From a virus, in IMG/VR virus record IMGVR_UViG_3300045988_155579: 50,023 bases of DNA. One strand, 5' to 3'. The notes under the pieces were generated by a model. It did no database searches. It was given only the letters and a program-made list of their open reading frames with translations, and was not told where the DNA came from. Of this stretch, positions 7,162-15,377 are shown in pieces (the stretch's first letter is position 1; every line of letters begins with the position of its first letter). Position numbers and translations under genes: made by a program.

Positions 7162-7395
7162 TCACTCATCATCGGATTCCACTGTCTTTTCATATCTGTC
7201 TGGCTCATGGGCATAGCATCGGATGCAGAACATGCACGCCGTCGGTTGTGAATCATTCTCATGGCTGCATCTGCCGCATGCGTCCCTGTACGCCAATACG
7301 CAAATCTCCTGATGCTCGGCGACGGGACACGATTCTCCAATATACGGGCTTTCAAACCGTGTGCACCGCCCGTCCTCAAATGCTCTACACTCCAT
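7162..7395 (-). CDS. Cysteine-rich small protein (77 aa, 10 Cys)
   Basis: It exactly fills the gap between the helicase-MTase stop (7400) and the Gp37 start (7130). The competing frame 7140..7379 is Arg-rich and less protein-like. No strong RBS. Confidence 0.4.
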   Translation of the reverse strand: MECRAFEDGRCTRFESPYIGESCPVAEHQEICVLAYRDACGRCSHENDSQPTACMFCIRCYAHEPDRYEKTVESDDE

Positions 7396-7399
7396 TTAT

Positions 7400-9925
7400 T
7401 TACACCGCATTTTTCTCGTCGAGCAGGTCAAATAAGGTCGGCGCGGCGACCTGTGCTTCGGCCGCACGCATGTAGCCCACGCCGTCGCGGAAGTAGTCAA
7501 GGTTGAGCTCCACGCCGACACCTCGCCGTCCCATGTCCACCGCCAGCTTCGGCACGGTGAATAACCCTGCAAACGGGTCAAATACTGTATCGCCCGGATT
7601 GCTGTATCGGTTGATGAGCCTTTCTACAATGTCCAGCTGAAGCGGGCAGACGTGCATCTGCGCCCGCCGTTGGCTCTGTGTCGTATTCAGCGTCCGCATG
7701 CGATTGATGTCGTCCCATACTTCGTCTGACCAGCTTCCTGGCGCAACCACCATGAACGTAGCAGGGAGTTTGCCTTCCGCATCGAGCTTCTTTGCCAGTT
7801 CGACATGCTCCTCATAGCTATATACATTCTCTCTGCTGAACTGACGGTACAGCTTTTGCAGTTTGTCCGTCGGTGCAGTTGCCAGCTCGGCCTTTCCAAC
7901 CAGACGGTCGCCGCTGGAACGCCAATAGCCGTGCGCATCAATTTGCCATTGTGCGCGGGTGTAGTCCTCCTTGCTCTTGGCCACAGGCTCATCCGCATAA
8001 GCGCGGCTCGTGTCCGTGGGCAGCTTGCGGAACAGCAGAATGTATTCTGGGCATCCCACGCCCATCTTCGTTCCGTCCTTGCATTGCTCCGTCCAGCCGA
8101 GGCGGTAGGTCTGGTTGTTTTCCCTCACCACGTCGGTGACAACGGTGATCATCCCGAAATACTGGAATCCCGCTTTCATGTAATGCTCGATGCACAGTGC
8201 GTGAAACGGTTCCATTGTCGGCATGCCCGTCCCCGTTGCATTTCCGAAAAGTACCCTATCCTTGACGTGGCAGGCGAATACGCGCCCTGGCTTCAAGATG
8301 CGAAGCAGATTCGGCGACAGGAAATCCATCTGCTCGAAGAAGCGCTCCGTGTCCTCGTTGTGGCCGAAATCGTTATAACTTGGCGTATACTCATAGTGAT
8401 TGGAAAACGGGATGCTGGTAACAATCAAGTCAACGCTGTTATCTTCCATTCTCGCCGTTTCCTCTACACAATCAGCACGCACCGCTTTATACCGTTCTCC
8501 GCAAATTTCAAGCCGTTCTACGCCCATGCTTCTGCACATCCTCTCCATAATCAGACCGTCATGCAACCCGTATTTCTTGACGATGGCAACCATCTGACGT
8601 TGAAGCTCCTCATGCTGCCTCCATTTTTTGAGCAACGCTTCCTTGACCTGTGCTTCACTCTCGACATAAATAATGTCGATTACAACTTCTTCTGTTTGCA
8701 GGAAACGGTATATGCGATGAACAGCCTGTATAAAGTCGTTGAACTTATAATCAATTCCCAAAAAGATTGCTCTGTGGCAATACCGTTGGAAGTTGCAGCC
8801 CTGACCGCTGATTTCTTTCTTCGTTGCCAGCAGCCGTGTTCTTCCCTCCGAGAAATCCACCACACGCCGTTCCCGTTCGTCTAGATCCTGTGTACCGTAA
8901 ACCTCTACGGCCTCCGGCAATGCGTCCTTTATCGCATGGCGTTCGCTCTCAAGGTCGTGCCAGAGAATAAAATGATCTTCGGGCGCGCTGTTTACAATCT
9001 CGGCCATTTTGGCGACGCGCACGTTCAAACTCTCCCGTTTCTCTCGTGCTTCATCCTGAATGGATACCGATGCGTCACGGATGAGCTTGACCTGCCCGAA
9101 TTTATCCGTTCCCGCGCTCGAATGGTCAACAGACAGCTCATGCCAATTCACCGTCAGTTTCGGCAAATCATAGCCTTCGTCTCTATATCCCAAATCGCTC
9201 GGCTTTGAAATCAGCAGTGCCCAGCTCGCCACCCACAACCAGAACTCCTGCTCCTTGTGTGGATATAGCGTCAGATGATTTGCCTTCGTGCTGTCCCTCT
9301 GGAAAAAGCGCGTGAGCGCCTGGCCGGAATCCATCACTTCAAGAAATGCTGCATAATGAATCAATTCCTTATAACGGTTCGGCGACGGTGTAGCCGTACA
9401 GACCAGCTTATACTTTACGCCCCGGAATTTCTGTAAAAACGTTTGATAGGTCTTGCTTCCAAAGCTCCGCAGCACACTCGCTTCATCCAGCGCCACCGCA
9501 CAGAATTTCTTCGGGTCAATGTCTCCGTCGCGCACTCGTTCGTAGTTCGTCATCACAATCTCGCCGTCGTATGCATCCGCTTCAGCCTGCGTCCTGACGT
9601 ATGGCGGCGCTTCGTAGTGCAAAAGCGCAACCGCATCGCGGCTAAACTCCTGCTTCACGCCCAGCGGCAGCACGATCAACGCCTTCGCGTTCGGGTTATC
9701 ATTTACCCGTTCGTGCATAACAACCTGATGGCAAAATTCAATTTCCTGCGCCGTTTTGCCCAATCCAAAGCTCTCGAACAGTGCCCGCCGCCCTCCGGCA
9801 ATCGCCCATTGCACCGCATCTTTTTGATGGCCTTTCAGCTCCGGATTAAGCTGGCCTCTGTCGATTGCAAATCCGCTTTTCGGCGCAACAACAACCTTGC
9901 TTTTCAAAAAATCGGTGTAGTTCAT
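7400..9925 (-). CDS. SF2 (SNF2/DEAD-like) helicase fused to a beta-class N4/N6 DNA amino-methyltransferase
   Basis: The N-terminal half has GLGKT (motif I), DEAS (motif II) and QAVHRIYR (motif VI). The C-terminal half has DLIVTSIPFS (a DPPY-like motif IV) and FDPFAGLFTVP...GVGVEL (AdoMet motif I). Confidence 0.85.
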   Translation of the reverse strand: MNYTDFLKSKVVVAPKSGFAIDRGQLNPELKGHQKDAVQWAIAGGRRALFESFGLGKTAQEIEFCHQVVMHERVNDNPNAKALIVLPLGVKQEFSRDAVALLHYEAPPYVRTQAEADAYDGEIVMTNYERVRDGDIDPKKFCAVALDEASVLRSFGSKTYQTFLQKFRGVKYKLVCTATPSPNRYKELIHYAAFLEVMDSGQALTRFFQRDSTKANHLTLYPHKEQEFWLWVASWALLISKPSDLGYRDEGYDLPKLTVNWHELSVDHSSAGTDKFGQVKLIRDASVSIQDEAREKRESLNVRVAKMAEIVNSAPEDHFILWHDLESERHAIKDALPEAVEVYGTQDLDERERRVVDFSEGRTRLLATKKEISGQGCNFQRYCHRAIFLGIDYKFNDFIQAVHRIYRFLQTEEVVIDIIYVESEAQVKEALLKKWRQHEELQRQMVAIVKKYGLHDGLIMERMCRSMGVERLEICGERYKAVRADCVEETARMEDNSVDLIVTSIPFSNHYEYTPSYNDFGHNEDTERFFEQMDFLSPNLLRILKPGRVFACHVKDRVLFGNATGTGMPTMEPFHALCIEHYMKAGFQYFGMITVVTDVVRENNQTYRLGWTEQCKDGTKMGVGCPEYILLFRKLPTDTSRAYADEPVAKSKEDYTRAQWQIDAHGYWRSSGDRLVGKAELATAPTDKLQKLYRQFSRENVYSYEEHVELAKKLDAEGKLPATFMVVAPGSWSDEVWDDINRMRTLNTTQSQRRAQMHVCPLQLDIVERLINRYSNPGDTVFDPFAGLFTVPKLAVDMGRRGVGVELNLDYFRDGVGYMRAAEAQVAAPTLFDLLDEKNAV

Positions 9926-11472
9926 TGCGCTGCCTCCGTTTTTTCATCACCGCAAAGTTCCGGCAGATTCGCTCTGACCAACGCTGCCGGAATCGGCGGA
10001 CAAACAGCGTTGCCGCATCTGGCGACCTGCTCCGCCTTCGGATAAGCCTTTCCGTCCACATCTACATCAATGATGTAGTTTTCAGGGAATCCCTGCGCAT
10101 CAAAAAGCTCGCGCGGCGTCAACATCCGCAGCCCGATGTCCACAATCTGATATTTTTCTCCGCGCACCGTAACCAGTCCAAGCCTGTCTTTGGATGTAAT
10201 CGTCGGTGCGGGCTTCTCACAGGATGCCGAATTATCTCCATGTCCGTAATACTTGACCAGGAACGCTCGAACATCTCCAAAATGGCCAGCTCTGGCCGTA
10301 ATGGTGTTGAGCGGTTCATCTGCGCATTGCCCATCACAATTATTGTTGAACTGCGTCACATAGGCCGCGCACAGCGCATTATGGTCGATGGCCGTTACCG
10401 TCGGCAATGGAGCATCCGCCGCGCTGGCCGGACTGCTCGTTCCGTAGAACTTGCTGATAAATGCAGAAACCATTCCATATCGGTTTGAAGCATCCACGGT
10501 CATAATCGGTTTATCTACCGTCTGCCCGCGCACTTCGCCGCCCTGCTCATCGTGATACTGAATCATCATGGGCATGACTACGCCCGTGCCATGCCTGGCC
10601 GTGATCGTATCCAGCGGTTCTTCGATATCCTGTCCCCTGAAATTTTCACCACCATGATTGACTTGAATAATGAATGGCGACGGATTCTTCAAAACAAATT
10701 TTTCAATGCCTCTCGCAATTCTACGCATGGTCTTTTCCGAAAGTGGGCGAACAGCATGAATCCCGTACTGCTTGAATATTTCCTCGCTCGTCGCAAAGAT
10801 TGACGGGCATGGAAGATTGAAGTCCAGCACATCAGCTACCGGCACCCACGGTTTTTTCATTCCCGCCAGTGCCTCAAAGCTATCTGGCGCTGCATGCGTC
10901 GGTTCAGGCCAGATAATCGGTTTTCCGTCACAGCGTGCAATCAGGAAGAACCGTTTTCGAATGGTCGGCGCTCCATAATCGCATGCCCGCATCGTCCTAT
11001 ACTCGACCTTGTACCCTTGCCGTTCGAGCTGGCTGACGAATCGCCGGAAAGTTTCACCCTTATACCGAGGATCTGGTCGGTTATCCTTATCAAGCCGTCC
11101 CCAGTCCTGAAATTCTTCTACGTTTTCCAGCATGATAACGCGCGGATGCACTGCTTTCGCCCACTTTACCGCAACCCAGGCCAGCCCTCGAATATGCCTG
11201 CTGACAGGCTTTCCACCTTTCGCCCTGCTGTGATGCTTACAGTCAGGCGAAAACCACGCCAGCGCCACAGGCCGCCCCGCACACACCTTGACGGGATTGA
11301 CCTTCCAAACATCCTCCTGATAATGCTCGGTTGTCGGATGGTTTGCTCTGTGCATCGCAATCGCCGCCGGGTCATGGTTGATGGCAATATCCACGCTGCG
11401 GCCTATTGCCATTTCAATACCCGTTGATGCGCCGCCGCCACCTGCGAAGTTATCCACGACAATCTCGCTCAT
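9922..11472 (-). CDS. dcm: DNA (cytosine-5)-methyltransferase
   Basis: C5-MTase motifs in order: DNFAGGGG (I), FSPDCKHHS (IV, PC), MLENV (VI), QGFPENY (IX), GNAVCPP (X). Confidence 0.9.
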   Translation of the reverse strand: MSEIVVDNFAGGGGASTGIEMAIGRSVDIAINHDPAAIAMHRANHPTTEHYQEDVWKVNPVKVCAGRPVALAWFSPDCKHHSRAKGGKPVSRHIRGLAWVAVKWAKAVHPRVIMLENVEEFQDWGRLDKDNRPDPRYKGETFRRFVSQLERQGYKVEYRTMRACDYGAPTIRKRFFLIARCDGKPIIWPEPTHAAPDSFEALAGMKKPWVPVADVLDFNLPCPSIFATSEEIFKQYGIHAVRPLSEKTMRRIARGIEKFVLKNPSPFIIQVNHGGENFRGQDIEEPLDTITARHGTGVVMPMMIQYHDEQGGEVRGQTVDKPIMTVDASNRYGMVSAFISKFYGTSSPASAADAPLPTVTAIDHNALCAAYVTQFNNNCDGQCADEPLNTITARAGHFGDVRAFLVKYYGHGDNSASCEKPAPTITSKDRLGLVTVRGEKYQIVDIGLRMLTPRELFDAQGFPENYIIDVDVDGKAYPKAEQVARCGNAVCPPIPAALVRANLPELCGDEKTEAAQ

Positions 11473-11501
11473 TTGACTTCACTGCTTTCTTTTGATATAA
11501 T
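11473..11501 (+). promoter_or_regulatory. Near-consensus plus-strand promoter with extended -10 (antisense orientation)
   Basis: TTGACT (11473-11478), 17-nt spacer, TGaTATAAT (TG at 11493-94, -10 at 11496-11501). Confidence 0.55.
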
Positions 11502-11507
11502 GAATAC

Positions 11508-11560
11508 GGTTTTTTGAGGAATGTCCTGCCCGCGCCCCTAACGCGGACAGGACGTTTTTT
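11508..11560 (+). ncRNA. Candidate ~53-nt cis-antisense sRNA (OOP-like) opposite the dcm leader
   Basis: The predicted start lies about 7 nt after the -10 box. The 12-bp hairpin gtcctgcccgcg/cgcggacaggac (11523-11553, one mismatch) is followed by TTTTTT (11555-11560). No plus-strand gene is nearby. Confidence 0.45.
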
Positions 11561-11562
11561 GT

Positions 11563-12381
11563 TTATGCGATAATCGTAACCATGCCGCTGGTTACCAAGT
11601 TATCCAGCGCCTTATCCAGATACGCGTGAATATCCTGAATCGCCCGATGCTTCCACAGGCCGCCGTCTGCCTCGTAAAGCGCAATCTCCGGCGTGCCCTT
11701 TCCATCGCTGTTCCTGATACGCAGAATGAACGGGCTTTCCGGCTGATCAATCTCGCAGAACGTGCGGAACGGCCTCAAATACACAGGATTTTTGATGACC
11801 ACATCGCTGACCCGCACAACGCCGTCACGCACCGTTACACGCTGACTGATGCCGTCGTCGCTGGTGTTTGTCCCCTTCTCTACGCTCAAATTGCCAACCA
11901 CCTTGCCGACTTCCAACGAATTGTCGGTTTCAATAAACCGGCTCTGAAGCTGCACGATGAATTCTTCCTGCCCAATATACCGCCCGAACTCGAATGGCTC
12001 ATTGTCGGTCACGACACGTGCCAGCTCAGCTCGAACCGCGTAATCATCACTGCATTTAATCCCGTACAGCACAACCTTGCGCGGGTCGGTCACCTGTACG
12101 ACCAAATTTCCAAACTTATCCAGCTGACCATCCGGGTCGTTCAGGATATAATCCACCAGACCGCTCAGCGTGAAGATGTTCACAGTCGGAAGAACCGCCG
12201 GAAACGGTTCTTTGATACGCACCAAATCATTCGTGTTGACATACATGCGGCCGTCAATCTCCTGCACCGTATAGCTACGGTTCTTGGTGCCCAGCTCGTA
12301 CAGGAAGCGCATCGCCTCAGCGTCAAGCTCTCCCAGCTTGAACAGTGGAACTTCCTTCATTTCGCCAACAATGCTTGCCAT
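11563..12381 (-). CDS. Conserved hypothetical phage protein (272 aa; possibly DUF2303/YfdQ-like)
   Basis: Clean ORF in the replication/recombination block. The family assignment rests on weak recollection only. Confidence 0.65.
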   Translation of the reverse strand: MASIVGEMKEVPLFKLGELDAEAMRFLYELGTKNRSYTVQEIDGRMYVNTNDLVRIKEPFPAVLPTVNIFTLSGLVDYILNDPDGQLDKFGNLVVQVTDPRKVVLYGIKCSDDYAVRAELARVVTDNEPFEFGRYIGQEEFIVQLQSRFIETDNSLEVGKVVGNLSVEKGTNTSDDGISQRVTVRDGVVRVSDVVIKNPVYLRPFRTFCEIDQPESPFILRIRNSDGKGTPEIALYEADGGLWKHRAIQDIHAYLDKALDNLVTSGMVTIIA

Positions 12382-12384
12382 AAT

Positions 12385-12828
12385 TTACAGGCTCCTTTCT
12401 TTTGCTCGGAACGACACAATCTGCGGCATCGTTTCCTGTTCATCCTGCGGTTCATCTTCCGTCGTGCCAATCGGCATGCTGACAGCTTCCGGCTGCACAT
12501 TGCCGGCCATGTCGAGCTGCCCCGCCACCTGATTCAACTTCTGCGTCGCATAAATCGTTCCGTCATCCGTCTGATCAAAGAAAACGCTCTGCTTCACAGG
12601 CGTAGGCGGCGCGAAACTCTCCTTCACATCAAAGGACATCTCGCCTCCGTCCCTGCTCTCGGTCGGCTTGATGGTCAGCACCATCGTGATTTTGCGCGCC
12701 CGTCCGGGCTCCGTGTTCGGGTCAAGAATGTTGCGCGTCATTCTGCCGAGCGCATCTTCCCAGCGCTCCTGCACTGCGCCTCCCATCAGGCGGCTCAGAT
12801 CTTTGAGGTTGCCAAAGGTTTGGCTCAT
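12385..12828 (-). CDS. Hypothetical phage protein (147 aa; resembles proteins annotated as phage replication terminator protein)
   Basis: The segment ILDPNTEPGRARKITMVLTIKP is reminiscent of that family. The functional label is uncertain. Confidence 0.6.
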   Translation of the reverse strand: MSQTFGNLKDLSRLMGGAVQERWEDALGRMTRNILDPNTEPGRARKITMVLTIKPTESRDGGEMSFDVKESFAPPTPVKQSVFFDQTDDGTIYATQKLNQVAGQLDMAGNVQPEAVSMPIGTTEDEPQDEQETMPQIVSFRAKERSL

Positions 12829-12834
12829 TGTGTT

Positions 12835-14184
12835 TTACCCTCCTTGTGTGTCTCGCTCAAATGCGAAGAAGTTCATGTGTGGCGCATCGAAAGCAATCGG
12901 CAAAATACCCTTTCGACCGTTTCGATTCTTCGCCACGTTGATAAGCATGAATGTCCATCCGTTCACCTGACAGGATTCGGCCATCTGCTGCCACGGCTCT
13001 GGGACAGTTCGAATATCCGGCGCATGCAGAATCAAAAACTGATTCGCATCCTGCTCAATGGTGCCGCTCTCTCGGCTTTCGCTCATTTTGGGCATCCGCC
13101 CGCCTTCGCCTGTTCCCATTTCGGACTGACGATTCATCTGCGTCATGGCAATAACGGGAATTTTCAGTTCCATTGCCAGCCGTTTAAGTGCTCTGGAAAT
13201 CTCGCCGACTTCTTCCGCGCGGTTGTTGGTCTTTCTGCCGCTCCTGAGCAGCTGCAAGTAATCCACGACAATCATATCGAGCCCCGTATCCTGCCGCTGT
13301 CTGAGGGCAAGGGAACGGATTTGCAAAGGGGTCTGTGCCTGCGTGCTGATGCTCAGCTGGATTTGCCCTATTTCCGCATACGCGGCAACGACGCTCTGAA
13401 TCTGCTCATCGGAAAAGTTGCGCGCTTCAATGACATCCACCGGCACGCCTGAAAAACGCGCTATGATGCGGTCATACAGCTCGGCTTCGTCCATCTCAAG
13501 CGATACATACAGGACATGCTTTCCCGACCGTGCCGCGTTGGTAGCGATAAACAGCCCCAATGCCGATTTGCCAACGGATGGCCTTGCGCCGATGATGCAC
13601 AGCTTGCTGCCTCGAATCCCGCCGCCCAACACACCATCCAGCCGCCCAATTCCCGTGTGCATGCTGTCATCCGTTTTCTGTTCGGCAAACAGATAGTCGT
13701 GCATATTGAGAATCATCTGCGGGATGGAAACAATCTCCTGGGTCGGCCCATTCTTCGCCAGTTCATCAATCTGCCCGCGAATTTCCTCCGCCGCCTTGAC
13801 AGGATCAGTCAGCTCGTTTCGGGAAAGTTCTACGGTTTGTTGTGCGATTTTGCACAATGCCCGCCGCATGCCGGCCGCTTTGACGTTCGCCACATACTGA
13901 TCACACAGCACCAGCGATGGCATGCCGCTTTGCAGCAGATCAACCAGCAGCGTCGAATCGAAATTCGGCATCGCGTCCGAAACGGTAACGAGGTCGCATG
14001 TCTTATTTTGAGCATCCAGTTTTTGCATGACGGCAAAAACTTCGTGGCAAATCAAATCCGTGAAATCTTCAAGCGTCAGCTCAATATTTCGCGGAAGAAT
14101 ATCGCCTCGCAGGATAGCCCCGATAATCGCTCTCTCGCTTTCAGTCGCCTGATAGGCAGTGGTTTTCTCCTCACTCACAGGCAC
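12835..14184 (-). CDS. dnaB: Replicative DNA helicase (DnaB family)
   Basis: N-terminal ERAIIGAIL motif, Walker A GARPSVGKSALG, and a RecA-like C-terminal domain (IVVDYLQLL). Confidence 0.92.
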   Translation of the reverse strand: MPVSEEKTTAYQATESERAIIGAILRGDILPRNIELTLEDFTDLICHEVFAVMQKLDAQNKTCDLVTVSDAMPNFDSTLLVDLLQSGMPSLVLCDQYVANVKAAGMRRALCKIAQQTVELSRNELTDPVKAAEEIRGQIDELAKNGPTQEIVSIPQMILNMHDYLFAEQKTDDSMHTGIGRLDGVLGGGIRGSKLCIIGARPSVGKSALGLFIATNAARSGKHVLYVSLEMDEAELYDRIIARFSGVPVDVIEARNFSDEQIQSVVAAYAEIGQIQLSISTQAQTPLQIRSLALRQRQDTGLDMIVVDYLQLLRSGRKTNNRAEEVGEISRALKRLAMELKIPVIAMTQMNRQSEMGTGEGGRMPKMSESRESGTIEQDANQFLILHAPDIRTVPEPWQQMAESCQVNGWTFMLINVAKNRNGRKGILPIAFDAPHMNFFAFERDTQGG

Positions 14185-15017
14185 TCGTACCCCTCGTAGT
14201 AATCTTTGCCGTCCTTCGTTTCACAGATGGGCGGCGCAGCCTGATTGGACGGCTTTCCCCTAGCCCTGTGGTCGGTTGGTGCAATATCATCATCCGATCC
14301 GCCCTGCTTGCGGTACGCTCGAAGAATCCCCAGCACATAGCGTGAGGTTTGTTTATGCGCACGACGCGCCTTTTCGATGGCTTCCAACACCCATGCCTTG
14401 GGGAATTCCAGCATGAGCAGGAAATCCCCATGCTCGTCACGGGCATCCGGCGATGCAGTGTCCCAATCCTCACGGAAAACTCCGGCCTTTCGTCCTGCTT
14501 CTTCGATTTCCCGATTGATGGCAATCTGCTCTAGCAAACCTTTTTCCGTTTCACCAGAGGGCGGGGGCAGGCTGCTCGTTTCGCCCTTGCTGCTTATATC
14601 CTCCTCTCTCTCTTTTTCTAATTCTTTATCTAATTCTATATGTGTGCATCCGCAACCGTCCGAATCCGTTTGCATGTTTAATGCTTCCATTCCTTGCGTT
14701 TGCATGCGTTCGCATCCATCTGCATACGTTTGCTTTCCAGCCGCACTTTGTGGATGCCAACGTGCATTTGCAGCATTGCGCGTGCTTTCTGTGCGTTTTT
14801 TGAGGTTCTCAAGCCCCCGATCTACGTTGCGCACCATCAGCGTGAATGCCATACTTGCCGCAGGGCAAAGCTCGCCCTTCTCCGGCCGCCTCCCCTCTTT
14901 CGCGTATCTGGATAACGCCACAATGACTGCCATCGCGTCGGCAGGTTCGAGCTCATTGTTCAGCGCTTCCACATCGGCAAAGTCAAGGACAAACCCTCTG
15001 GCTTTTTCTGAACGCAT
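14175..15017 (-). CDS. Replication initiation / replisome organizer protein with a DnaD-like C-terminal domain
   Basis: The C-terminus WVLEAIEKARRAHKQTSRYVLGILRAYRKQGG is DnaD-domain-like. Strong AAGGAGGTG RBS. It sits directly upstream of dnaB. Confidence 0.7.
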   Translation of the reverse strand: MRSEKARGFVLDFADVEALNNELEPADAMAVIVALSRYAKEGRRPEKGELCPAASMAFTLMVRNVDRGLENLKKRTESTRNAANARWHPQSAAGKQTYADGCERMQTQGMEALNMQTDSDGCGCTHIELDKELEKEREEDISSKGETSSLPPPSGETEKGLLEQIAINREIEEAGRKAGVFREDWDTASPDARDEHGDFLLMLEFPKAWVLEAIEKARRAHKQTSRYVLGILRAYRKQGGSDDDIAPTDHRARGKPSNQAAPPICETKDGKDYYEGYECL

Positions 15018-15377
15018 TTACCTGTTACACCTCCTTTTTGCTTTTTCTGGTCTAAGTGCGGCAGCATGCCGCTGGTGCGGCGCGCCGGAGTTGAGCCGGC
15101 AACAGTGCCAAAGGGGAAGAACACTGTCAAAACCGTTTGCGCCGCATAGTGCCGGTCTTTCCCGGCTGCCAGTATGAATTTGCTATTTGATTTTGTGTCC
15201 GGCAGCGTACTCTGCCTCCCTTCTTCTGCCGCCTTTTCTACCGTTTCAGCTCGACTCCTTCTGCTTTGGCGGCCATCGGACTTAAACCGATATCTGCGCT
15301 CGGCGCTACTATCCACCGTGCGCTGCATTGCTTGTGCTACGCCGCCACGACGCGGGGGAATCTCCCCCGCATATTTA

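Noticed and set aside
7140-7379. An alternative 79-aa frame overlapping the Cys-rich ORF.
   Set aside because: It is Arg-rich with an out-of-frame-like composition, and it fits the gene boundaries less neatly. It is kept only as a caveat on the 7162..7395 call.
11626-13452. Very long plus-strand ORFs: 608 aa here, plus 41781..43637 (618 aa), 36699..37901, 34638..35771, 7805..8884, 45724..46737 and 43877..44461.
   Set aside because: All are antisense to minus-strand genes with clear family signatures (DnaB, capsid, TMP, helicase-MTase, portal). Their products are Arg/His/Leu/Pro-rich low-complexity strings. They lack RBSs and are the expected shadow ORFs of GC-rich coding DNA.
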